Origin: Bacilli bacterium
GTDB taxonomy: Bacteria > Bacillota_I > Bacilli_A > ML615J-28 > CAG-313
Assembly: GCA_045652765.1 (NCBI GenBank)
Contig: JAZOLG010000020.1
Location: forward strand, 69,633 to 133,632
Length of the DNA: 64,000 nt
Direction of reading: 5' to 3'
Part shown: positions 9,627-18,414 of the stretch, in pieces
Layout of the letters: every line of letters begins with the position of its first letter
Position numbering within the stretch: position 1 is the first letter of the stretch
Translations under genes and position numbers: made by a program
The notes under the pieces: generated by a model
What the model was told of the DNA's origin: nothing
Seen by the model: only the letters and a program-made list of their open reading frames with translations
Databases searched by the model: none

Positions 9627-11974
9627 TGAAAAAAGCAATATTTGCAATACTAATTACTTTAACTTTAGTGTTTACATTAGGTGTTAAAGGTACATCAGCT
9701 GGAGCAACAGAAGATGTAATTATTAATGGTAGTAAAGTATATTATAATTACACAGGCAATACTGTTAAGGTTCCAGTAGAATATGTTGTTGACTCTTCAG
9801 AAATGCGTGGTGCTTGGGTTGCTACTGTTTGGAATAACGACGTTCCAAAACAAAAAGGTACAACTGAAGCTGCAATTGCTGAATATAAAGCATTTTATTT
9901 AGATATATTAGATACTCTAGAAAGTTATAATATGAATACAATTTTCTTCCAAGTTCGTCCAAATAATGATGCATTCTATGAATCAGAATATAACGATTGG
10001 AGTGAATTTTTAGTTGCACGTGGAGTTAATCCTGGTTGGGATCCACTTGAATGGATGATTGAAGTAACTCATGAAAGAGACATGTATTTCCAATGTTGGA
10101 TGAATGCATTCCGTGTTACTGTTGAAGAACAATGCTCTAATGATGCAATTGCTTATTCAGATGATGAATTAATTGCTAAAAAAGCAGCAGCAATTCAAAA
10201 TTTAAGTGCAAAGAATTTCGCAAAACAACACCCTGAATATGTATTAATGGGTGACTATGATTCTAAATTAATTTTAAATCCAGCAGAACTTGCTGTACAT
10301 GATCACTTACTTAATACAATTGGTGAGTTAATCACAAAATATGATGTTGATGGATTCCATTTTGATGATTATTTCTATCTAGATGCAAGATCAGCAGATA
10401 GAATTGATCCACAAACACAAAACCTAGCATTTGCTGGTGGTATTGAATATAAAGAAAAATTAACTGGTGTTAATATTTTAAATGACTTACCAACTTATAA
10501 AGATTATCAAGAAAATCCAAGCAAATATAATTTACCTGAAGGTTTAACTCTTGGTGAATTTAGAAGAAAGAGCCTTAATAATTTAATGGCTAAAATTAGA
10601 GAACTTGTTGATTCAGTAAATGAAGAATATGGAAAAGATGTTGAATTCGGATCTAAACCAGCTGCTGTATGGCAATCAAATTCAGAAAACTGTGCAGACA
10701 GTAGTCAAAAAGGTGCAGTAGGCGGATCTAATACACATTGCGGTGCGTATAGCTCAAACTATGATTTATTTGCTGACACAAAATATTGGGTTGAAGCAGG
10801 ATATGTAGACTGGATTAGTCCACAAGTTTATTACGATTTAGCTAACCGTATTGTACCATATGCTGACATTGTTTCATGGTGGGCTGATGTCGTTGTTAAG
10901 ACTAATGAAAAAAGAGCACAAGAAGGTTTAGAACCTATTAAGATGTATGTTGCACATGGTATTTATAAATATCACGCATCAAGTAGTGAATATAATGATG
11001 TAAATGAAGTAACTTATCAAATGCGATATAACCAACAATTTGATGTAATTAAAGGTTCTGCAATTTATGCATATAGTGATTTATACAAATTCCAAAATGA
11101 CATTCAAAAATTTGGTGTTGGTACGCACTTTAGATCATTATGGGTAACACATCCAGTATTACCACTTCCAAAAGGAGAAGTTGATTTTACAGATTTAATG
11201 ATTGATACATATAATGTCAAAGATACTGCAACTAAAAATAAATTTGATGTAAGTTTCCCTAAAATTGAAAATGCTAGTATGTATGCAATTTATCGTATTA
11301 ACAAGGGTGAAACATTAGATTTAAATGACACTAGAAATCGTATTTTAATTGTAAAAGATTATAAGTTCGATCAAAATATTGAATTTACAGTTTTATGCAA
11401 TGAAAATCAAGAAGTATATGTTCAAGCTGTTTCTGACAACTATATTCCACAATCATCTGCTGTAAAAATCGATTTTGAAAAAGCAAGCATTAACCAAGCT
11501 CCAAATCCGGTTGAGATTGTAATTAACAATGGCGAAGATGTTTTGGACGCAAGTGGCGTTTATACATTTACTTTCCCATACGCATTTGATGTTGATGGAG
11601 ATGAACTTAAATATAGTGTTAAAGTTGGATTTGAAGGTAAAAACGGACCAATTAGAACTCCTGCCAACAGCATTGAATATTTAGATGATAAAATTGTTGT
11701 AACATTTGAAGCATTTGGTATTGAAACTGAAAACTTTGTTGTTCAATTAACAATTGATGATGGAAGAGAACAAACAATTGTTTATAGTAAAGAAGTAAAA
11801 CTTGTCGATGACGGTGGTAAGGATCCAGTTGAACCAGATACTCCAGAACAACCTGAAACTCCGGAAAACCCATCTAAACCAGGTAACTCTGGTGGCGGTT
11901 GTCCAATGGGTGTTATGTATTTAACACCACTTCTTGGAGCTTTCACAATTTTGGTTGTTAAAAGACGTAAATAA
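9626..11974 (+). CDS. Surface-exposed GHL10 (glycosyl hydrolase-like 10, DigH/YngK family) protein with C-terminal Cys-tail
   Basis: Signal peptide MKKAIFAILITLTLVFTLGVKGTSAGA. GHL10 core RGAWVATVWNND...IFFQVRPNNDAFYESEYNDWSEF...NPGWDPLEW...WMNAFRV...DGFHFDDYFY. Beta-sandwich C-terminal domains. Tail GGGCPMGVMYLTPLLGAFTILVVKRRK. TAATG stop/start overlap with the upstream gene. Confidence 0.8.
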   Translation: MKKAIFAILITLTLVFTLGVKGTSAGATEDVIINGSKVYYNYTGNTVKVPVEYVVDSSEMRGAWVATVWNNDVPKQKGTTEAAIAEYKAFYLDILDTLESYNMNTIFFQVRPNNDAFYESEYNDWSEFLVARGVNPGWDPLEWMIEVTHERDMYFQCWMNAFRVTVEEQCSNDAIAYSDDELIAKKAAAIQNLSAKNFAKQHPEYVLMGDYDSKLILNPAELAVHDHLLNTIGELITKYDVDGFHFDDYFYLDARSADRIDPQTQNLAFAGGIEYKEKLTGVNILNDLPTYKDYQENPSKYNLPEGLTLGEFRRKSLNNLMAKIRELVDSVNEEYGKDVEFGSKPAAVWQSNSENCADSSQKGAVGGSNTHCGAYSSNYDLFADTKYWVEAGYVDWISPQVYYDLANRIVPYADIVSWWADVVVKTNEKRAQEGLEPIKMYVAHGIYKYHASSSEYNDVNEVTYQMRYNQQFDVIKGSAIYAYSDLYKFQNDIQKFGVGTHFRSLWVTHPVLPLPKGEVDFTDLMIDTYNVKDTATKNKFDVSFPKIENASMYAIYRINKGETLDLNDTRNRILIVKDYKFDQNIEFTVLCNENQEVYVQAVSDNYIPQSSAVKIDFEKASINQAPNPVEIVINNGEDVLDASGVYTFTFPYAFDVDGDELKYSVKVGFEGKNGPIRTPANSIEYLDDKIVVTFEAFGIETENFVVQLTIDDGREQTIVYSKEVKLVDDGGKDPVEPDTPEQPETPENPSKPGNSGGGCPMGVMYLTPLLGAFTILVVKRRK

Positions 11975-11984
11975 TAATAATATA

Positions 11985-12022
11985 AGCTTTTAAAGAATAA
12001 AATGTCTTTAAAGGCTTTTTTT
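11985..12022 (+). terminator. Rho-independent terminator ending operon A
   Basis: AGCTTTTAAAGA / TCTTTAAAGGCT stem (one G-U pair) followed by T7. Confidence 0.75.
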
Positions 12023-12038
12023 ATTTTGTATTTTATTC

Positions 12039-12067
12039 TTGAAAAAAACCTAAACTTATGCTATACT
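12039..12067 (+). promoter_or_regulatory. Promoter of operon B (dipeptidase-GHL10-GHL10)
   Basis: TTGAAA (12039-12044), 17-bp spacer, TGcTATACT (12059-12067). Confidence 0.55.
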
Positions 12068-12089
12068 AATATGAAGAAAGGAAGATAAT

Positions 12090-12959
12090 ATGCCTATATA
12101 CGATACACATAGTGATATATTTTACAATTTAGCATTTAAAAATGTAGAAGACCCATTTAAACAATACCATTTAGATGACTTGACTAAAGGAAATGTCAAA
12201 GGTGGAATATGGGTAGTTTATTCTGATGAAGATTTTGATGTTGTCAAAGCTTATGAAATTGCCATTGATAAATTTAAAAACTACGAAAAAGATTTTGATG
12301 TTATCAAAGGATTAGAAGGTCTAAGAAATGTACCTGATTTAAAAACATTAGAACTTTTATATCAAATGGGAATTCGTCATGCTAGTTTAACATGGAACGA
12401 AGAAAATCATCTTGCAACTGGTGTCAGAGGAAATCCTGAAAGAGGACTAACTGAACTTGGAAAAGAATTTATCAAATACATGAATGAACATGATATGATT
12501 GTTGACGTTTCACATTTAAATGAAAAAAGTTTTTATGACGTTTTAAAAGAACAACCAAAGATCCTAATTGCGTCTCATTCCAATGCTTATGCATTATCTG
12601 ATCATATACGTAATTTAAAAGATGAACAACTAGTTGCTCTTCGTGAAGCTGGTGGAATGGTTGGCTGTGTTGCAGCAAGAAATTTTGTTTCTAAAAAGAA
12701 AGAAGATCAAAATATAAATGGTTTAGTAAAACAAATTAAATATTTAGTAGAAATTATGGGAATTGATAAAGTAATGTTAGGATTAGATATGATGAACTAT
12801 TTATCGGATTTTCCAAATTCGAACTTAGATGATTTACAAACACATGCTGATTGTTCAAAGTTAGAAGAGGCTTTACTAAAAAATGGTTTTAACAAAGAAG
12901 ATGTTGAAAAAATAACTTACAAAAATTATGAAAATTTAAAAAGAAAGGTAAAAATGTAA
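12090..12959 (+). CDS. Peptidase M19 family dipeptidase, cytoplasmic
   Basis: M19 signature pieces: IYDTHSDI, HASLTWNEENHLATG, VDVSHLNEKSF, ASHSNAYALSDHIRNLKDEQL. No signal peptide. Confidence 0.75.
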   Translation: MPIYDTHSDIFYNLAFKNVEDPFKQYHLDDLTKGNVKGGIWVVYSDEDFDVVKAYEIAIDKFKNYEKDFDVIKGLEGLRNVPDLKTLELLYQMGIRHASLTWNEENHLATGVRGNPERGLTELGKEFIKYMNEHDMIVDVSHLNEKSFYDVLKEQPKILIASHSNAYALSDHIRNLKDEQLVALREAGGMVGCVAARNFVSKKKEDQNINGLVKQIKYLVEIMGIDKVMLGLDMMNYLSDFPNSNLDDLQTHADCSKLEEALLKNGFNKEDVEKITYKNYENLKRKVKM

Positions 12960-12960
12960 A

Positions 12961-15114
12961 ATGAAAAGAATAGTAACTGTATTGTTATTAGTTTTTACGA
13001 TTATGTTTTTCGTAAAAAAACCAAGTGTCAATGCTTTAGTAATTAATGATAGCTTGGAAGAATTAAGGGGAGTATGGGTATCTACTGTATCTAACATTGA
13101 TATTAGTAGACAAAATGGTGTTACAGAAAAAGCAATTAATGATTATAAAAATCAATTATTAGATATATTAAGTAAGGCAGAACATTATGGAATTAATGCA
13201 ATCTTTTTCCAAGTTCGTCCTTCAAATGATGCATTCTATGAATCAGAATATAATCCATGGAGTCAATATTTTTTCCAACATGGTGTGAATCCGGGATGGG
13301 ATATGCTTTCATGGTTAGCTGATGAATGCCATTCGAGAGGTATTGAACTACACGCTTGGTTAAACCCATATCGTGTAACTGCATCTCGTGTTGCAAGTTT
13401 TAGTGATGGCGAAGAAAAAATTAATCAAATTAAATTTAGTTTAAGAGCTCAAGCTCAAAGCTTATACCCAAATATTAATAATCCATTAAATATTCAAGAT
13501 GATGAAGAGTTTTTATCAACTGTTGTTTTAGGTGCTGAAGGACAAATGGTATTAAATCCTGCAAAGCAAGCAACAATTGATCATGTAACAAATACTATTG
13601 TTGAATTAATTGAAAATTATAATATTGATGGTGTTCACTTTGATGACTATTTCTATCCATCAGGTGGTATTGAATCAAAATACGATTCAGCTGACTATCA
13701 AGCGTATAAACAAAATGGTGGTAACTTAGGCGTTGAAGATTGGCGTCGTAATAATGTTGATAGAATGGTAAAAGCGGTAAGTGATGCAGTTCAAGCTTAC
13801 AACCAAAAGAATCCAGATCAATATACTGCATTTGGTATTTCTCCGGCTCCTGTTTGGGCGCCATCTGCAGAAAGATGTCCAGATGGTCGTGGTCAAGAAG
13901 GCGGTATGGATGTAATTTGTGGAAGTTATAGTACATATAATACTTTATATGCCGATACAAAGAAATGGGTTGAAGAAGAATGGTTAGATTATATTCTTCC
14001 TCAATCATATTCATCACTTGCTGAAAACTACAAAGAAATTGTTAGATGGTGGTCAAAAATTTGTGCACCAACTAAAGTAAAATTATATATTGGAACAGGT
14101 TATTACAAATTAGCTGAATCAAATGCTGATACATTTGGTAGTGCTTACGAAGTTGATAATCAATTTAAATATGTTAAAGATAACAATTATACAGAAGTTG
14201 ATGGATTTGTATTATTCTCTTATAAGAATTTAGAAACATCAACTGGAAATTTAGGATCTGCTAATGTACTTTTAAAGAAAGCATGGAATAGTGGAGCATT
14301 ACTTCCATCATATGAAGAAGTAAAACCAATTACAGAACTTCCAACTGTTGAATTAATTAAACTTGGAAACAAATATTATATGAGTTTTAATGAAGTTGAA
14401 AATGCTAACGGATATGCATTATATGCTGTTCCAAAAGGACAAGATGCCAACTTTAAAGCAGAAGGCGTTGTTGTACAAAAAATCTTTAATAAACTAGGAA
14501 CTGGCGCTAAACAACAATATAATGCATTAACTGATTATAGTATTAGTAACTATGATTTCTATATCAGAATTTTTGATAATTCAAATAAACCTATTGAACA
14601 AAGTGTTAAAATTGATTTTAACACTGCAATAGTTAACGAAGGCGCACAAATTGAAATCTTAGATTTTGTTGAAAAAGATTATAAAGTTGGCGAAACTATT
14701 AAAGTTCGTGCTCAAATTACATCTGATTTAGATTTACCATTAACTGTTACTATTAAAGTTCGTTATAATGGTGCTAAATATTCTACAACATTTAATATGA
14801 CTGAGGTTGAAGATGGCATTTATGAATATGAATTCCAAACTTTGATCGAAGCAACAACTCAATTAAAAATTGTTGTAAACGACACTGATACTGAAAAAGA
14901 ATTAGAACTTCCTGCCGTTGAAGTTTTAGAAAAAGTAGTAGAACACGTTCATGAATTTATTGATGGTGTGTGTGATTGTGGTGAAAAAGATCCAAATAGA
15001 GAACCGGAAGATAAACCATCAAATGGTGGTGGATCAAATTGTCCAATGGGATTTGTTTCTGTTTTACCATTAATGGCTGCGGCTACATTATTATTAATAA
15101 GAAAGAAAAGATAG
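12961..15114 (+). CDS. Surface-exposed GHL10 family protein (paralog 2) with HxHEF..CxCGE module and C-terminal Cys-tail
   Basis: Signal peptide. Core RGVWVSTVSNID...IFFQVRPSNDAFYESEYNPWSQY...NPGWDMLSW...WLNPYRV...DGVHFDDYFYP. Ends EHVHEFIDGVCDCGEKDPN...GGGSNCPMGFVSVLPLMAAATLLLIRKKR. Confidence 0.8.
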   Translation: MKRIVTVLLLVFTIMFFVKKPSVNALVINDSLEELRGVWVSTVSNIDISRQNGVTEKAINDYKNQLLDILSKAEHYGINAIFFQVRPSNDAFYESEYNPWSQYFFQHGVNPGWDMLSWLADECHSRGIELHAWLNPYRVTASRVASFSDGEEKINQIKFSLRAQAQSLYPNINNPLNIQDDEEFLSTVVLGAEGQMVLNPAKQATIDHVTNTIVELIENYNIDGVHFDDYFYPSGGIESKYDSADYQAYKQNGGNLGVEDWRRNNVDRMVKAVSDAVQAYNQKNPDQYTAFGISPAPVWAPSAERCPDGRGQEGGMDVICGSYSTYNTLYADTKKWVEEEWLDYILPQSYSSLAENYKEIVRWWSKICAPTKVKLYIGTGYYKLAESNADTFGSAYEVDNQFKYVKDNNYTEVDGFVLFSYKNLETSTGNLGSANVLLKKAWNSGALLPSYEEVKPITELPTVELIKLGNKYYMSFNEVENANGYALYAVPKGQDANFKAEGVVVQKIFNKLGTGAKQQYNALTDYSISNYDFYIRIFDNSNKPIEQSVKIDFNTAIVNEGAQIEILDFVEKDYKVGETIKVRAQITSDLDLPLTVTIKVRYNGAKYSTTFNMTEVEDGIYEYEFQTLIEATTQLKIVVNDTDTEKELELPAVEVLEKVVEHVHEFIDGVCDCGEKDPNREPEDKPSNGGGSNCPMGFVSVLPLMAAATLLLIRKKR

Positions 15115-15117
15115 GAT

Positions 15118-16389
15118 ATGAAATTAAATAAATTTAATAGTGAAGAATTAGTTTGTTATTATAAATCTACTAAGCCTGTAGATTTACCGAATTATGAGTA
15201 TAATGAAAAATACGTTCGTGGTATTTGGGTTTCAAATGTTGTTAACATTGATACACCAATTATGAAAGATGTTGATAGTTATAAAGAATACTTAGTAAAA
15301 ATGATTGAAAACATTGCGTCATATAATATCAATTTAATGATCTTTCAAGTAAGACCAACAAGTGATGCATATTATGAATCTAAATTAAATCCATGGTCTA
15401 GATTTATTACTGGAACTGAAGGCAAAAATCCTGGATTTGACGTATTAAAATTTGTTATTGAAGAAGCTAAAAAACACAATATTGAAGTTCATGCATGGAT
15501 GAATCCATATCGTGTCTCAATGAAATCTGTTACTGATGGAACTATTACAAAAGAAGAATATCTTAATAATTTAGATGATTTAAACTTTGCGAAACGTTAT
15601 CCTGAAGATACAATTTTAGATGGAAATGGAAAGATAATTTTAAAACCTTCATCTGAAAGAGTTGTTAAATTTGTGACTGATACTATTATGGAAGTTATCG
15701 AAAATTATGATGTTACAGGTGTTCATATTGATGACTATTTCTATCCATATGCTAAAGTTCCAGAATCAGAAGAACTAGCTGATTATGAAGCAAGTGGGAA
15801 AGAAAAATCATTTGATGATTGGCGTAGAGAAAATGTTGATAAATTAATTGAAAGTGTTCACCATGCTATGAAAAAATCGCTTAGCAAAGAAAACCGCACA
15901 GTTCACTTTGGAATTAGTCCGTTTGCAATTTACAGAACAAATTCAAGCATTAAAGAAGGCGGATGGGAAAAAGGTTCATATCATTCAGCTGGTGTTACAG
16001 AATGCTATACTGACCTATACTCAGACATTTACAAATGGATGAAAGAAGGATGGATCGATTATGTTGTTCCTCAAATTTATTGGCCATTTGAAAGAAAAGA
16101 TGTTAACTACCATGACTTAACAAAATGGTGGAGTGAAATAGCACAAGAAACAAATACTATTCTTTACATTGGACATGGCCTATATCAAATGGGTGTAAAT
16201 GAAGTATGGGCAAATCCTTTAGAAATTGATAATCAATTAAGATTTAATCAACAATATCCTAAAGTAGCTGGTTCAATTTTCTTTACATACAAAGATTTAG
16301 TTCCTGGCCAAAATGCTACTAAAGATGCGGCGATTGCTCTTATGAAATGCCGTTTTAATCAAGAAAAAATCTTAAAATTTGAAAAATAA
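15118..16389 (+). CDS. Cytoplasmic GHL10 family protein (paralog 3)
   Basis: Same core (RGIWVSNVVNID, MIFQVRPTSDAYYESKLNPWSRF, NPGFDVLKF, WMNPYRV, TGVHIDDYFYPY). No signal peptide, no accessory domains, no tail. Confidence 0.8.
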   Translation: MKLNKFNSEELVCYYKSTKPVDLPNYEYNEKYVRGIWVSNVVNIDTPIMKDVDSYKEYLVKMIENIASYNINLMIFQVRPTSDAYYESKLNPWSRFITGTEGKNPGFDVLKFVIEEAKKHNIEVHAWMNPYRVSMKSVTDGTITKEEYLNNLDDLNFAKRYPEDTILDGNGKIILKPSSERVVKFVTDTIMEVIENYDVTGVHIDDYFYPYAKVPESEELADYEASGKEKSFDDWRRENVDKLIESVHHAMKKSLSKENRTVHFGISPFAIYRTNSSIKEGGWEKGSYHSAGVTECYTDLYSDIYKWMKEGWIDYVVPQIYWPFERKDVNYHDLTKWWSEIAQETNTILYIGHGLYQMGVNEVWANPLEIDNQLRFNQQYPKVAGSIFFTYKDLVPGQNATKDAAIALMKCRFNQEKILKFEK

Positions 16390-16399
16390 AGTAAAAAAT

Positions 16400-16426
16400 A
16401 AGTAGTCTTTTTAAGACTACTTTTTT
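16400..16426 (+). terminator. Rho-independent terminator ending operon B
   Basis: Perfect 10-bp stem AAGTAGTCTT / AAGACTACTT, 3-nt loop, T-run. Confidence 0.85.
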
Positions 16427-16441
16427 ATTTTATTGCCAAAA

Positions 16442-16456
16442 ATGAAAGCGCTTGAA
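16442..16456 (+). promoter_or_regulatory. cre-like / LacI-family operator upstream of operon C
   Basis: aTGAAAGCGCTTGAa fits WTGNAANCGNWNNCW with one mismatch. It is centred about 27 bp upstream of the -35 element. Confidence 0.5.
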
Positions 16457-16475
16457 AAATAATATTACATTCTAC

Positions 16476-16504
16476 TTGAAAAAAATATGCGTTTTTGGTA
16501 TAAT
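16476..16504 (+). promoter_or_regulatory. Promoter of the 23-kb operon C
   Basis: TTGAAA (16476-16481), 17-bp spacer, TGgTATAAT (16496-16504). AGGAGG RBS lies before the ATG at 16549. Confidence 0.65.
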
Positions 16505-16548
16505 AAGTCTATATAATCGGCTTATTATGTGAACAGGAGGAGCAAACT

Positions 16549-18414
16549 ATGGATTATTTAACACCAATGTTTAAAAAAATTAAATATTTTGAAAATTTAA
16601 ATAACAAATTTCTTAATGTTGGTTCGTTAAAAACAATCGATTTTCGCTCTTTTTTTGATGAACGATTAGATATGTTTGTAGAACAGTTAATTGAAAAATA
16701 TCCTACGGATCTAGAAAATGGGTTAATTACAATTAAAAATGGTAAAGTCCCATTTGAAGGATATAAATTACAAATATCTAATCGACGTGCTAATATTACT
16801 GCATCTTCTAAAGAAGGTTGTTATTATGCTCTTGTAACGCTAGAAGAATTAGCAAGAAAATACAATGGTATGATTCCTCCTTTAGAAATTGAAGATTATC
16901 CAGACCTTGCAGTTCGCGGCTTTATGCTTGATATTAGTAGATCAAAAGTAGCCAATGTTGAGACAATTTATAAATATATTGATATTTTAAGCAAATTAAA
17001 ATATAACCATTTTGAATTATATGTTGAAGGATTTTCTTTTGAATATAAGAGCATGCCTTTTGTAAACAAAGATGGTAATTTTATAAGTGTTGAAGAATAT
17101 CAAAAGGTTGAGAAGTATTGTTACGAACATTTTATTGATTTTGTGCCAAATCAAAATGGATTTGGACATATGACTGAATGGTTAAAGTTAGATGAGTTTA
17201 AACATTTATCAAACGTTGATGGACTATTTAATATTTGGGGAAGTAATAGAGTATCATCAACATTAGACCCAACAAATGATGAAAGTTATGAACTTGTTAA
17301 AAAGATGTATGGAGATATGTTGCCTTATAATAAGTCAAAATTCTTTAATATGAATTTTGATGAACCGTATGAACTTGGTTATGGTAGATCAAAAGAATTG
17401 TGTGATAAAACAAGTAGAGAAGATGTCTTTGCAGGATTTTTTAACAAGCTGGCAAGTGTTACAAAATCTTTTGGCAAAACACCGATGCTATGGGGCGATG
17501 TTATTATTCATAAACCAGATGCAATCAACAAAATTGATAAAGATGCGATTTTGATTGATTGGGGTTATAATGAAAATTACCCATTCTTGAAAAATGCACA
17601 AATGTTAAAAAAACTTAAACGACCATATATCTTAGCACCTGGCACATCAACTTGGGGAGTTGTGACATCTAAATACTATGAAATGTTATGGTCAATAAAA
17701 AATGCAGCTGAAGCTGCTTATCATAATGATGGTTTAGGAATAATTTTAACTGACTGGGGTGATTTTGGACATCTCCAATACCCACTCTATAGTTTACCAG
17801 GTATTGCGTATGCAGGATTACTTGCTTGGAACTATCAATCAGTTAGCCATAAACACATTAAAGAATATTTGGATTTACTAGTAAAAAATCATATTATTGT
17901 TGATTTAATTGTTGATGTTTCGATGTATCCTGAGTGTGAAGAATATTATCGTGGTTACTCAACAAAATTGTTTGCACCGATCGTGCAAGCAGAACTTTGT
18001 AAGACAGAAGAAAAAGAACTTGAAGTTTTTAAAACAAAACTTAAGTATCAATTATTGACTGATTATGAAGTACAAAATTATAAAACATATTTTAATTCAC
18101 TAAAGATTAAAATTTCTAGTGTGGACGCTATTAATGCAGAACAATCTTTATTAAAAGATGAAATTGCTAATAGTTTACTTTTACTAGAAACTTTAGTCGA
18201 TGTTAACATTTTTCTAAAAAATTATCTGAATGATTTGGTAGACGAACAACTACTAAATAAAATTGAAGATAATTTATGTAAATATCTTAATTCCCATTAC
18301 AACTTGTGGATATCTCGAAACAAAGAACAAGGATATTCATCAAGCGCTTGTCGTATAGAACGACTTTTATATTGTTTAAAAAATTTAAAGAAAGAGGCAA
18401 CAAATTATGAGTAA
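16549..18414 (+). CDS. Glycoside hydrolase family 20-like beta-N-acetylhexosaminidase, cytoplasmic
   Basis: DYPDLAVRGFMLDISRSKV, KYNHFELYVEG, NQNGFGHM and FNMNFDEPYELG (Asp-Glu pair) resemble the GH20 TIM barrel. No signal peptide. Confidence 0.6.
   Translation: MDYLTPMFKKIKYFENLNNKFLNVGSLKTIDFRSFFDERLDMFVEQLIEKYPTDLENGLITIKNGKVPFEGYKLQISNRRANITASSKEGCYYALVTLEELARKYNGMIPPLEIEDYPDLAVRGFMLDISRSKVANVETIYKYIDILSKLKYNHFELYVEGFSFEYKSMPFVNKDGNFISVEEYQKVEKYCYEHFIDFVPNQNGFGHMTEWLKLDEFKHLSNVDGLFNIWGSNRVSSTLDPTNDESYELVKKMYGDMLPYNKSKFFNMNFDEPYELGYGRSKELCDKTSREDVFAGFFNKLASVTKSFGKTPMLWGDVIIHKPDAINKIDKDAILIDWGYNENYPFLKNAQMLKKLKRPYILAPGTSTWGVVTSKYYEMLWSIKNAAEAAYHNDGLGIILTDWGDFGHLQYPLYSLPGIAYAGLLAWNYQSVSHKHIKEYLDLLVKNHIIVDLIVDVSMYPECEEYYRGYSTKLFAPIVQAELCKTEEKELEVFKTKLKYQLLTDYEVQNYKTYFNSLKIKISSVDAINAEQSLLKDEIANSLLLLETLVDVNIFLKNYLNDLVDEQLLNKIEDNLCKYLNSHYNLWISRNKEQGYSSSACRIERLLYCLKNLKKEATNYE

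Noticed and set aside
13595-14017. Antisense or out-of-frame ORFs in the track. Examples: 13595-14017(-), 35805-36197(-), 7143-7514(-), 53758-54135(+), 57162-57470(+), 31909-32214(+), 33541-33816(+), 42032-42328(+), and the many 60-100 aa ones.
   Set aside because: Each lies wholly inside a longer ORF with clear family motifs. They lack RBS and promoter signals and have low-complexity composition typical of shadow frames in AT-rich DNA.
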